A stretch of DNA of 64,000 nt from assembly GCA_025603075.1 (NCBI GenBank), contig MU626348.1:1-64000 (forward strand), read 5' to 3'. Below the pieces are notes generated by a model that was not told the DNA's origin, ran no database searches, and saw only the letters and a list, made by a program, of their open reading frames with translations. Shown in pieces: positions 24,345-36,057 of this stretch. How positions within the stretch are numbered: the stretch's first letter is position 1; every line of letters begins with the position of its first letter. This DNA is from Neoconidiobolus thromboides FSU 785. Taxonomy: Eukaryota > Fungi > Entomophthoromycota. A program made the translations under genes and the position numbers.

Positions 24345-25343
24345 ATGTTTAGTATCAAATCCACTTTATTGAATTTCCTCGTTTATGGTAGTCTTGTTAG
24401 TAATGTCTTAAGCACTACCACCATTACTGAGGATGAAAAGCTCCCTGATACCTCCAACGATCCTTATTTGAGAGATTTAATTAATGGCTTGAAAGATATC
24501 AAATCCAACTTCTCTGATATTCCAGTTAGGAGTGGAAGGTCTTCCGTTATAGTCAATTTAAAAGTGAGCGATGAAGCTGAATCTAAGAGGATTTCAAAAT
24601 ATGCTGGTGCTGCTTACTGCCTCGATTTAACTTTGAAACCATGGACTTGTAATCATTGCAAAAAAATCGGTTCCAACATTGTTGTTCAAGATGTTTTTAC
24701 TGAATTTATTACTGGTGGTCGTGGATTCATTGCTACTGATGCTACTAAAAAGCAAATTATTCTTTCCTTCCGTGGTAGCTCCAATATTCAGAATTGGTTA
24801 GGAAATCTTAACTTAATATTTACCAATTATAATGTAAATAACGGTGGTAGTGATATTCAAGTACATGCTGGATTTAAAGATGGTATCAATGCCCTTTATC
24901 CAAAGTTCAGCCCACTTCTTAAAAGTTTAGTAGCTTCACATCCAGATTACAAACTTATTATTACTGGCCATTCTTTAGGTGGTGCTCTTGCTACTTTAGC
25001 ATCTATTGAAATTCAAAAGAACTTCAACTTATCGTGGGATAGAATGCAATTATTTACTTATGGTGAACCTCGTGTTGGAAATACTGCTTTTGTAGAATGG
25101 TTCAATAGACAAAGTTTAACCTTAACTCGTGTGGTTAACAACAAAGATATTGTTCCTCACGTACCACCACGTAAATTTGGCTATTCTCAACATCAAAGAG
25201 AAATGCATTTAAGGGATAATAAAGCTAAAGTTTGCTCCACCACTGTATTAGAAGATCCCACTTGTGCTTTATCTACTGAGCCTTTCTTATCCATTTTAGA
25301 TCATCTTACTTATTGGGATGGTTTCTTAGGTGGTGTTTGTTAA
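24345..25343 (+). CDS. Secreted class 3 lipase (332 aa)
   Basis: Signal peptide; SFRGS, VHAGF, GHSLGG, YGEPRVGN, DIVPHVPP and DHL; intronless. Confidence 0.95.
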   Translation: MFSIKSTLLNFLVYGSLVSNVLSTTTITEDEKLPDTSNDPYLRDLINGLKDIKSNFSDIPVRSGRSSVIVNLKVSDEAESKRISKYAGAAYCLDLTLKPWTCNHCKKIGSNIVVQDVFTEFITGGRGFIATDATKKQIILSFRGSSNIQNWLGNLNLIFTNYNVNNGGSDIQVHAGFKDGINALYPKFSPLLKSLVASHPDYKLIITGHSLGGALATLASIEIQKNFNLSWDRMQLFTYGEPRVGNTAFVEWFNRQSLTLTRVVNNKDIVPHVPPRKFGYSQHQREMHLRDNKAKVCSTTVLEDPTCALSTEPFLSILDHLTYWDGFLGGVC

Positions 25344-25892
25344 AGGCTTCATTGTTCAAATACTAATAAATGATTTTTTTTAAAACTATAAGTTTAATTT
25401 AACAATGATTTATTCTAATTTTTATTGTAATTATAATATCTTTAATAAGATTAGTCAATATAATAGGATACTAAGGCGACGGAAAATCTAGAAAGCTATG
25501 ACTCTCAAAAACGGGTTTGATTTAATTAAATTTATAAAACTTGAGAATGAATATTTCAGGTTAACCCTTTAAAATTCTTGTTATAATTCTTGTAAAATTT
25601 TTAGGACACAAAAGCATCTAAATGTTTTCTTAATATTGTAAAGGGATAAGAATGTTATTGGAATATTATAAGAGGAGGTATAATGTGAATTTTTAACTTT
25701 GAATCATAAACCAGTATGGTGCTTTATATGTTTTTTTAAGAATGTAAATAACTCCATAATTTTTCAAATGTTCTTATGTGAATTTTTAAAAAAATAGATA
25801 CAGTTTTACTTGGCTTATATTTACGTTTAGTGGTAAATTTCTTAACTATATTCAAAATGAAAGTTAGTTTTATGTAAATTAAATAAGTAAAT

Positions 25893-25989
25893 TGAGATGT
25901 ATTTTTGTATTTGAGAACTTTACTGACAATTTTTCCGCGCAAACAGCACTTAAAAGGTGTAAAAAGTAGAGGCCAAAAAAAACACCCCC
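25893..25989 (+). mobile_element. MITE family copy with AAAT TSD
   Basis: aaat|TGAGATGTATTTTTG...AACACCCCC|aaat. Confidence 0.85.
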
Positions 25990-27022
25990 AAATCTCTAAT
26001 AGCTTAATCAGATTAAGGTAGCTTTTATCTTGAGCCAAAAAAAAAAGATGTTTACCATAAAACGCAAATATTCACAAGCAAAGCTGTACTACTGGTACAA
26101 TTTATACATGAATTTTATTACATACAGCTGTTGTAGCTCTTTAATAGCTTTTCTACCAGTAATTTTTGTAGGTAAACTATTTGTATAATCTGTTTTTAAA
26201 GCCTGAGCATTATATCTCAACCAAGAACGATGTAACTTTTTCTTAAAAAATAATTAAATTGTAAAGACCTGTAGGAACTGTAATCTAATGGCTTCATAAA
26301 TTATATAAAAGTCACCTTTAAATTACATCAGCAATGGTCCAACAGATATACTACAAGCCCAATTCAAACGTAGATTGGGAATCTTTGCTTTTGTAGTAAG
26401 TGAATTTAATCATGTTAACTACTTCGATTTAAACTTGGTAAACGCATATCTAAAAACATCTAATTCAAGTTTAAATTGGACTAGTATAGGAATTATTGTC
26501 TATTTCAAAAATTTCATAAGATTCAATGATGTATTTTAAAATTATAATTACTATATAAAAAACAATCAGTATCTATCCAAGCTTTAACTTTTAATTAAAA
26601 ACTCAAGCATATTCGCAATTTGAGAGTCTTTGGTGAGGTTAAAACGGCGAACTTACCTGTTAAGTAATCAAAGTTAGTATTGTCTATTAAAGAACTTTTA
26701 AATCTTTTAAATTTTCATGTGTTCTTTAGAGTATGAATTTATCTAAAAAAAATTATTCATGCCCAATAATCGCCATTGCAGCATTAACTTAAGTTTGTAA
26801 ATTTCTACTCAATTGCTTTCAATATTAGCAACTGATACTTTTTGAACCCCTTTTCGCTTTTTTATTAATTTATCCAATAGGATGTTCCATTTTAGAAGTT
26901 TAATTTTGCCCAAATAAAAGTTAATGTTCTATAAACTAATTATGAACTTCAATTCTTCTTCTTTCTTACTAATCTCCATTTTGTTTCTATTTTCTTATTT
27001 CAAAAACCAACAGTATCTAACC

Positions 27023-27643
27023 ATGAGTAAAAAAATCAAGATTATTGAATACTCTATTATCGATAATAAAATTAAAAAAAAAAGAGACGAGCCAGAGGAA
27101 TTAAAACGGGCAAAAAAGTTAGAATTAGGGATAATTAAGCTTGAAGAGCAGATGAAAGAGACAATTCGATTATTAAAGAAATTGGAGTCAATTAATGTAA
27201 ATAAAGGGCTAAAGACAGATAAAGGACCAAAAAATTATAATAATCCAAACTTAGTTAGATTAAAAAGATATTTGAAATGGACAGCATCAAAGCTTAAGTC
27301 TATTGATAAAACGAATGAAATTGAGAGTATAAATAATATAATCAAAGAATATAATAATATTAAACCCGGGTTTCTATTTGAGCGGCATTATTCAAACACT
27401 CAAATATATATCAATTTCAATTCTACACCATTCGAGGAAAAATCGGAAGAAGGAGATATAGGAGTTGCTTTCACTCTATCCGAATACGACATTCAGTTCA
27501 ATAGCATTCTTAAGAGTTTTAATGGGTTTAATCGTATTTTCGAGTCCTTCATAAGTTATCATAGTACTTCTTTAATAAAGTATTTAATTTTAAAGTCTAT
27601 CGCAAAATTTTTACTTTTCCTTAAATATAGTAGTATTTCTTAA
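27023..27643 (+). pseudogene. Internally deleted, truncated paralog of the 648-aa gene at 57723-59669
   Basis: IIEYSIIDNKI..., LELGIIKLEEQMKETIRLLKKLES, LKRYLKW and IKPGF align with VINCSFVNNKI..., LKNGIKELGTQLCRIFKLIETL, LKVYLKW and IKPGF. About 100 aa between the last two blocks and the whole C-terminal half are missing. It could still be expressed as a short protein. Confidence 0.6.
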
Positions 27644-28462
27644 GGTAAATTGCAAGTACATAGTTGTTTTTTATAATGTTTTAAACTGTTAAGTCAACTT
27701 CATTTTAGATTAATTTAGATATTGAATATCTGATATTACATATATATTGATTTATATGATTAATTAATTAATTTTATTGAAATGTTGGGAGAAAAAACAA
27801 CACTTCAAATGTACATATTAAAATTTTATCTCTTTTATATAAATCAATAGATAACTATGTTTAACAATTATTAACATGTTAGCTATAACAATTAAACATC
27901 GGTACATTTGGTTATATATTTGGCACTATTACTGGTGTTATTATAGAAAATTTATATTATATATCAATATTAAATTTTAAAGGTTGGAAGCCACAATAAA
28001 TGGAAAAAAGTTCTCTACAAATAAATTGAGTATATCGAACATACCATTAAATTTAATCCTATGTAGAGATAGATTTTGCTTCCTGAATTGAGACTTAGTG
28101 GCTAAAGCTAATAGCTAAAACCATTGAGAATGCTTCTTTCCTGTATGGACTCTACAATTCAAGGTACTACTCCTTTACCTCTTTTAAAGTCTCATTCTTC
28201 TTAGCTAAGTCAAACCTTCAATAAAAATGCAAAACCAAAAAAAGGGTTAATCAATACTAATAATAATTAAGAGCATTATATATGTTAAATAATTCAATAT
28301 GAAATTTATCACTTAATTAAGAATTTTAACTAACTATAGTGTAGAAAGGAACACATTATTCTGTTAGCTTTTTAAATGCTATTGTTGATTATATTTATTT
28401 TTTAATTTTATAAAGTTAATGGACTGTTACCAAGGGTTTATCTTGGGGTATATGTAATAATT

Positions 28463-28560
28463 GGGGATGTTTTTTTGACTTCATTACTTTTTACATCTTT
28501 TAAGTGCTATTTGAGTAGAAAAATTGTTAGTAAAATTCTCAAATACAAAAATACACCCCC
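28463..28560 (-). mobile_element. MITE family copy with AATT TSD, inserted in the pseudogene
   Basis: aatt|GGGGATG...TACACCCCC|aatt. Removing the element and one AATT restores the frame V-I-I-D-D-E-L-H-Y-L. Confidence 0.95.
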
Positions 28561-29003
28561 AATTGATGACGAATTACATTATTTAGGTGGATGAACATTT
28601 TTACCAAATATAGAAGTCATTACGAAATAGAATTACGAGGTATTTAGATTAAATTTAAAAAAAGGTTGAAGTTATTGAGTAATATAGCTCCATAGGAAAG
28701 GAAGAACACAAGTAATCTGTTAATAAATCAATTACGACCAGGTTTTTTATATATAGGAAAGAAGGATAAACAAAGAAGATTGGTAAGTTTTTATGACAAG
28801 TTTAAATATTATAGCTTAAATACCAATTACTTTAATATCAAATTAAACAAATGGTATAAGAAAGAAACTGTTGAATGGAGTTAATATAGTAAATGTGGTC
28901 ACAGGGGGCTTCTTTTAAGTTTAATGTATATTATAAGATGAGGAAGATTTAGATTAATTTTATATATCTAGAGAGCTTTCATCTCATTCAAATGAGAATG
29001 TAT

Positions 29004-29102
29004 AGGGTTTTTTTTTTGGTTTTATCACTTTTTCCATTTTTTAAGCACTATTTAAACGAAAAGATTGTTGGGTAAAATTATTAAACAAGAAAATAGATCC
29101 TC
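29004..29102 (-). mobile_element. MITE family copy inside the Kelch-like pseudogene
   Basis: AGGGTTTTT...AATAGATCCTC; flanks GTAT/ATAT. Confidence 0.85.
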
Positions 29103-29644
29103 ATATCACACAATTAAACTTACTTAACATCAAAACAAGGTGGTTAAAAGTAATATATAAAATAATATACTTCCAATGTTTATATTGTTGAATATTTTTA
29201 CCATAAATTTATTCGGTTTTCAATTTAATGATGATTATAACCTTATTTCAAAAAGTTCAGATTATACATCAATATCAATATAATAAATTAAGAGACTATA
29301 GATAGTATACCTTGATTAATTAAAGTGGAAAGAATAGCATTAATATTAATAGTAATGTTAAAAAAGAAAATAATAGCAAGAATAACAAAAAATTAGATAG
29401 TAATAAGTTGTTAATATGAGGGATTATAAGTGGAATAAGCAGAGTTATTTTAATAACAGTAGTTATAATATTTGTATATTATAAATACAAAATGAAGAAA
29501 AAGCTAGCAAGCATGATTATTGAACCCATCCTTATTAAACTAATTGATACATTAGATCTTAATAATAATTACTATAATACTGAAGTATTTAGTTATTCTC
29601 ATGAAAGCGATGATAGTAGTACTATGTTATCTCTAAATATATAT

Positions 29645-29738
29645 GAGGATGTATTTTTTGCTCAAGAATTTTACTAACAATCTTTCTACTCAAATACTGC
29701 TTAAAAAATGGAAAAAGTGATAAAACCAAAAAATCACC
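29645..29738 (+). mobile_element. MITE family copy at the 3' end of the Kelch-like pseudogene
   Basis: GAGGATGTATTTT...AAAATCACC; ATAT/ATAT. Confidence 0.88.
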
Positions 29739-30582
29739 ATATATCAAGTCAAATAGACATAATACAATTGGTGAAAACAAACTTTAATAAAAATTATTAT
29801 TATAGATAAAACTAATAAGATTTATAATTTTATTTTGCAAAAATCAAATTTCGCTATAAAAAATCAACTATAAAAAGTATTTCTATAATAAAATTATTTA
29901 TTACAGTGATAAAAACTCCTTATTAATAATTATAATATTTTAATTGTCCAATAATATCATCTTTATATCTCTGATCTCTTTTTGTTGACTTTTTCCTTAC
30001 TTATTTAATATTAATAAATTGCTAGGAGCTTTACTTTATAGAAATAAGAAAACAGTTACAATTTCTTTCCTGTAACGTTAAACTAAATTAAATTAATTTT
30101 TATTTTTATATAACCTTATTGATGTTCAAATGCTTATTATTATAGATAATTTATTACTATTACTTTGCTTATATAATCAAAGACTGAGGAATTTACTTAT
30201 ATTCTCTTAATCTCGACATCGAATGATTAATAATTTAGAATAATAGACTCTGTCGAATCACTAAACGCCTTAACATTAAGATCACAAGGTATAGGTATAG
30301 ACCTTTTCTAAATGACCTAACTATATTAATTGTTTTATATCAAATAATAAAAGCTTATCTGCAAATGTCATAAAGTTTGAAATAAGTAATGTACAAAGCT
30401 GTCTTCTTCATTTTATATAATTTTTATAAATACTAAGTTTAATATTTTATAATCATGTTTCAACAACTTAACAATAAATACTAGAATGTAATACGATATT
30501 CAAAATAAGTTATAAAAAAATTAAAATTGATGATAAGTTTATTGAAATACTATAATGGAAAAAAGATGCTTCTTCAAAAGGT

Positions 30583-31044
30583 TTAATAGTCTTCATTATA
30601 ATAGTTTCTACTTCTACTATAGTCCTCCTTACCATAGCCACTATCATAATGATCATCATTGTATTCCTTTTTACTATATTTATTATGATATTTATCGTTA
30701 TATTCTTCATCTCTATTATATTTATCATATTTTTCCTTTTCCTCATAATTATTTTTTTTATCTTCTTTTTTATCTTCTTTTGTTGACTTATTTGTTTCTG
30801 GTATAAAAGTAAGATTTGGAATAGTAGCTGTATTTTCTACTTTTTTTGCTGAGTTTGAAGGTTTACTAATAGGGTCAAAGGACTGTGGCTTACCATCTAA
30901 TAAACTTGTAATATCAAGAGCATCAATAGGAATATTAGAATTATTATCTTCAGGCAATACGTTGGTATTTAATGCCTTTTTTGGACCTAAGACAGCACAG
31001 GATACTAAGGAAACAACGCTTAATGCAATGAGACTGGTTTTCAT
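30583..31044 (-). CDS. Secreted low-complexity protein with a Tyr/Asp/Lys-rich C-terminus (153 aa)
   Basis: ATG start, hydrophobic signal MKTSLIALSVVSLVSCA, Pro/Asn middle and tail such as YDKYNRDEEYNDKYHNKY. Confidence 0.8.
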   Translation of the reverse strand: MKTSLIALSVVSLVSCAVLGPKKALNTNVLPEDNNSNIPIDALDITSLLDGKPQSFDPISKPSNSAKKVENTATIPNLTFIPETNKSTKEDKKEDKKNNYEEKEKYDKYNRDEEYNDKYHNKYSKKEYNDDHYDSGYGKEDYSRSRNYYNEDY

Positions 31045-31887
31045 GGTTACTTGAAATAAAATAAAACAAAACTTATTCTTTTTATGTAATATGCTTTATA
31101 ATACTATATCTTTTTATACTCTATTAATAAGCTTCAGTTGAGTGCTACTATACTATTAGTGGCGATCTATTTATACTTTATAGTTATCAAAGGCTTTTAG
31201 TTTATGTAATTAGATGAAAATTTATAATTGTTTATTAAGTGAATTTAAGCTCAAAAGTAACTGTTTTGTTTTTAACTATTTTATTAATACTTCCGGTTTA
31301 ATTTAAACCAATCTGTTTTGTTGATTGTAAATGTTACTGTTAACTCCATTATTGAAATTATTTGAGTTTCCGTTGGATTAAATATTTTTTCCATAGTTAT
31401 TTAAATTTCAATGTGAACTGCTTAACTTATTTAATAATAAAGTTTAAGCACTAGATATTAAATTGGCGCATAACTACATACCACTACTAATTATAAAAAT
31501 TATCATTATTTATCACGCATTTGAACTTAATCAGGGATATTTATTATTATCAAATTTAATTCTGTCCTATTTCATGTATAAGCCTTGTTTATAAAATAAT
31601 ATTCAAAAAGTATTATTCTAAATTGCTTCTGCTAGTATGGAATATTAATTTAAAAGGAGTGTTATTAAAATTACTTTTATTCAAGTAAATAAAATAGGTT
31701 TGAAGTATAACGGCTAATACTTATATAAAATTTTTCAATCAAATCTTTAAAACCAAATTACAACTTAGTCTTTTTCTTTAAACTAATAAATAAGATAATG
31801 TTATATTAAATATTATGTTACTAGATTCATATTATTATAAAATGGCTATATTTATTTCTAAATGAACAAAAGATGCTACTTAAAACT

Positions 31888-32568
31888 CTAATACTCTTCA
31901 TAAGATCCATAGTTATCGTATTTACGATGACCATAGGAGTCCCCACCACGTCTGTAACCATCATAACCTTCTTTACCATGGTATTTACGACCACCATATT
32001 TGTCACCATGGTGCTTACGACCACCATAAGAATCATAATCATCATTATAATGCTTACGACCACCATAAGAATCATAATCATCATTATAATGCTTACGACT
32101 ACCATAAGAATCATAATCATCATTATAATGCTTACGACGACGACCATAATAACCCTCATCATCATCATCATCATAATGTTTACGACGACCATTGTATTTA
32201 TCTTCACCATCATAACGTTTCTTAGATCTTTCATACTTATCTTTAGGCTCAGGTTCCGAAGTTTTTGGTGGTGTTGGAATAACAAGCATTTTACCTTGAG
32301 GAGCAGCAGCAAGAGGCTGTGCTTGTGGTTCACTAGCTGGTTCTGGGATTTTATCAGCTTTAGGTTGAGCTTCGGCTTCAGGAGCTGGGACAGCTTCAGC
32401 TTTAGGTTGAGCTTCAGCTACTTTTTCAACGATTGGCTCTGGGATCTTATCAGCTTCAGCTTCAGCGTCAGGTAATAAATTACCAAGTAATGGAAGTTGC
32501 TTTAATGGGCTACTAGCTTTGGCAGTGATTACAGTAGCGAATAAAATAGCAATAAGAGTGGATTTCAT
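31888..32568 (-). CDS. Secreted repetitive protein: Pro/Ala/Glu/Lys N-half, Tyr/Gly/Asp/Arg/His C-half (226 aa)
   Basis: Signal peptide; AEAQPKA and ADKIPEP repeats; tandem YG(G/S)RKHYNDDYDS units. Confidence 0.88.
   Translation of the reverse strand: MKSTLIAILFATVITAKASSPLKQLPLLGNLLPDAEAEADKIPEPIVEKVAEAQPKAEAVPAPEAEAQPKADKIPEPASEPQAQPLAAAPQGKMLVIPTPPKTSEPEPKDKYERSKKRYDGEDKYNGRRKHYDDDDDEGYYGRRRKHYNDDYDSYGSRKHYNDDYDSYGGRKHYNDDYDSYGGRKHHGDKYGGRKYHGKEGYDGYRRGGDSYGHRKYDNYGSYEEY
32012..32128. repeat. 39-bp coding tandem repeat x3, with degenerate flanking units
   Basis: tgcttacgaccaccataagaatcataatcatcattataa at 32012, 32051 and 32090 (one mismatch). Confidence 0.95.
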
Positions 32569-33622
32569 CTTGTGTTTAGATTAATGTAGTTATGTTATTA
32601 TATGATATTAAATGGATTTTTAATGGTTGTTGTCAAGTACTTTTTGAATGTTTTTATACTCTTTTTTTATAGCGTTTCGTTAATTATATATATAAATTTC
32701 ACTGTTACCGCTGATCTTAAATTTTCGATGTAATTTATGCTATCATCTTTAAACTAACTGATGATTAATAACTAACTCCGAAATAGTAATCTAAACAGAA
32801 TTTATTTAAAATTACTTTATTATTTAAACATTAAAATTTTATTTAATGTTAAAAATTAATATAACTTAAATTTAATATCATTTGTTTCATTGATCTAATA
32901 TCTCCTAACGTATTCAACGGTATATGTTAATCAAATTGCTTTAGGAAATAGCCAAATCCTTATTTTAATTTGACTATAATAAATATATAAAACAGATAAT
33001 TAAAGTAAATACTGTTACTATTGTCAACTGCTTTGTAGTTTATCAAATTACATAAAAAATAGGTTACTTTATTCAAAAATAACACACTGCTTTAACAGCA
33101 GTTTATTAAATTTTTGAGTAGAACTAAATAGAGTACTAGTTAGGTATAATCTTAAGTTTAGCTAAAATTTGGAAGAAATTGTGACAACTCTAGTCAAACA
33201 AGTTTTCAAAACCGATTACTTTATTAGTGATAATGATCAATACTAATTCCTTGATTTTAATCCTAGTTCGAATGTTAGAGTGATGTATTTACACTATATT
33301 TCATCTATTAAAAGGATTTACAGTTATAAAATCAATATATATATTTATAACCAGAATCTTAATATTAGATTTATAGTGAAATAAAAAGTATAGTTGATAG
33401 TGTCATTCATTTTTACTCTACTACTTCAGTTGCTTACAGAATATAGAATCTTATTATATCTTTTTGCTATTAATTTAGATAAAAACTATTTATTTTAAAG
33501 CTAAAAACTAAAGTATTCTTTATAATTGAATTACAATAATATAACTAAGAAAATAATGTTTTCATACTAAGAGGCTAAATTGAGAATTTGGAATATTTAT
33601 AATTTATCAGCATAACATTTAT

Positions 33623-34267
33623 TTAAACAATCAATTTTTTCCTGTCAACGGTACTATAATATGCAACTAAATTAGTGAATAAAGAGGGATAGATGACCCA
33701 GGCAAGAGCAAGATTATGTAGAGAGAACCCTAATTCTAAACCAAAAAAGATATTGATTGTAAAGAGGCCAAGGATAGCATAGCCTGCTGTACGATGAATT
33801 CTAAAAATTTTAGTCAATGGTACCGAAAAATTAGATATTAATTTATAATGGTAAAGAGTAGCAACTAAACCAGCGGATAAAAATAGTATTAATATAGTTA
33901 AACCTAAGATGGCATGTGGGGATTGAAAGTGTGCTTCTCCCCAACTTGATTTTTGAGTATAAATAACAATAAATGAAGTGATGAAACTTAATCCAGCTAA
34001 CGTTTGAAATACTTGATGTAAACGCTTGGATTTTAAACTGGATTCAACTTTAAGCACTAATATAGCTTGACTTGTAAAATAAAAACATAATATCATTAAT
34101 GCAGGGTGTAAGTTAAAGGTATTATATCCATCTTTCCAAATTAAGTATTGAATAGAAGCTAATAAGATAGCTAAATTAATTTGAATGAAATAATAGGCTT
34201 TGCTTAACTTTAAACTATTTTGAGTAGCTTGTGTATTTAATAAGTTGCTTTCTTCGTTAACACTCAT
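33623..34267 (-). CDS. Cytochrome b561-domain protein (CYB561D-like), 214 aa
   Basis: Four spaced heme-ligand His residues: H54 (LHPALM), H84 (LHQVFQ), H118 (SPHAILG), H158 (IHRTAG); multiple TM segments. Confidence 0.88.
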   Translation of the reverse strand: MSVNEESNLLNTQATQNSLKLSKAYYFIQINLAILLASIQYLIWKDGYNTFNLHPALMILCFYFTSQAILVLKVESSLKSKRLHQVFQTLAGLSFITSFIVIYTQKSSWGEAHFQSPHAILGLTILILFLSAGLVATLYHYKLISNFSVPLTKIFRIHRTAGYAILGLFTINIFFGLELGFSLHNLALAWVIYPSLFTNLVAYYSTVDRKKLIV

Positions 34268-36057
34268 ATTCTTTTATTTAATAAAAATTAAATAAAATTA
34301 ATCAAATGTTCTTTTAGCTTGTTTTATATACTTTGATTTTTTCGATTTTTATCACTAATGGGATTGATTATGGTATCATCTCTGATCGTAATGAATCAAT
34401 CTAATCTACATCAATTATTTTTCGATTTTATTAAATAACTTAATATCTATTGGCCAATATAGATCATATGATTCAGTTCCGATTCATAGCAATTACTTTG
34501 AAACTAAGTTATAAAGCTTAAGCTATAGGATTCTTTGTATACACGTATTTATACATATTTTTACTACTTATACTGTAATACTCACCATAAGTTTAGCTTC
34601 TATATTTAATCATGTTAATGAAACAGCTATTAAAATACTATCATGTAGTAAGAGAATATAATGTTTAACTTTATTATTAGACCAATATCACTAAGTCTCA
34701 ATTTTGATTTATAATTTTGAAATTATTTCATTCAATTAATCATCCAATATTATAAAGCATAGTTTTAGACCTTAGTACTTCGAACAAAAAATGAAAATCA
34801 TAAGACAATAAAAGATGTCTACTTATAGTAACTCCTGGTTTTATTTCATTTTATAACAGCTTTAAACTAAATACTATTAAAAGCGTATTTAGATAAAACT
34901 TGAAAAATAAAAAGCAATAAATTCAAAATTTCAAGTCCTCGTGTAGTTAGCTATTAATTTTTATAAGTTGAAAGTGAGCTTTCAGCAGCTTAAAGAAAAC
35001 TTTTCAATTTTAATTATTAACACAACTTTAATTTAGAATTATAACTTCTATTTATTTTATAAACTTTGAAAATCCCAATTTTAATCTATTGGTTAAAATA
35101 ATATAAGGAATTATATAAAAAGACTAATGACTAATGTAATTAAGCAAGCCTATTCTAAAAACAGAGTAATACAATAATAAAGATTTAATGTGATATAATA
35201 GAGAGTAAATAAAAATTATACTATAGATTTAAAAATAAGTGATATAAAGAAAAGCACGGATTATAAAGCATCAAAAAGGTATCTATGATGGTCATATTAA
35301 TCCATAGCATTAGGAAGGACCAAAATGGATAATACGGAGTGGTAAAGTATAATAACAATAAATGGGATGTAGATCATAATATGTATGGAATTAAAGAAAT
35401 ATAAGGTAAAGTGATAAAATAAGTATTATTTATATATAAATAAAGGCTATTTTAACTAAAAAGTATAGTATTTTACATTGTTTTTATACTTCTTTTTACT
35501 TAGTTATCTTTAGCATTTTGTTTAGCCTAATTTACTATAAATTTTTTATTAATAAAATATTATTACTCATACATGCTTATATTCAATTCTATTATATAGC
35601 TTCTAAGTGATTTAATAATTGTATTAATCTAACACTATATCATTTTATATAAATTCATTGACTGGCTAAGGATACCATTGTTTATATTTATTTTTGAATA
35701 TAAACTTTTTGTTAAAGAATTAATTTTATATAAAGAAAACTATTGAAAAAAACAAATTATTTTAGGTTCTAATCTTAAAAAGTCTAATTTTAGCATCATG
35801 ATGATCTAAAGTCTAATTAAAATTTTTATTATGAGGTGTGTAATTAGGAAAAAAACGTAAACTGTAAAATTAGTAGAAAAAGTAAAGGCAACATAAATTG
35901 ATAAAACAAATCATAAATAAAATAAACCAACTGTAAAATGAAGATCTGTAAATAAACAGTTTATTACCTAAACCATAAACACAAACTATTATATAAAAAC
36001 ATAAACATATATAAGGGAAGAACTCTACTTAAAAAATATTATTAAACCATCACTTCG

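Larger units (their letters stand above)
28376..29640 (+). pseudogene. Decayed Kelch-like/TM gene, paralog of 55453-56907, disrupted by MITEs
   Basis: Colinear with the intact copy: MLLL...KVNGLLPRV, DDELHYLGG, EVFRLNLKKG, AP*ER, FLYIG, WYK, DEEDLD*FYIS, then LDSNKLLI*GIISGIS...YKYKM...SMIIEPILIK...TML. It has stops, frameshifts, a large internal deletion and MITE insertions. Confidence 0.88.
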
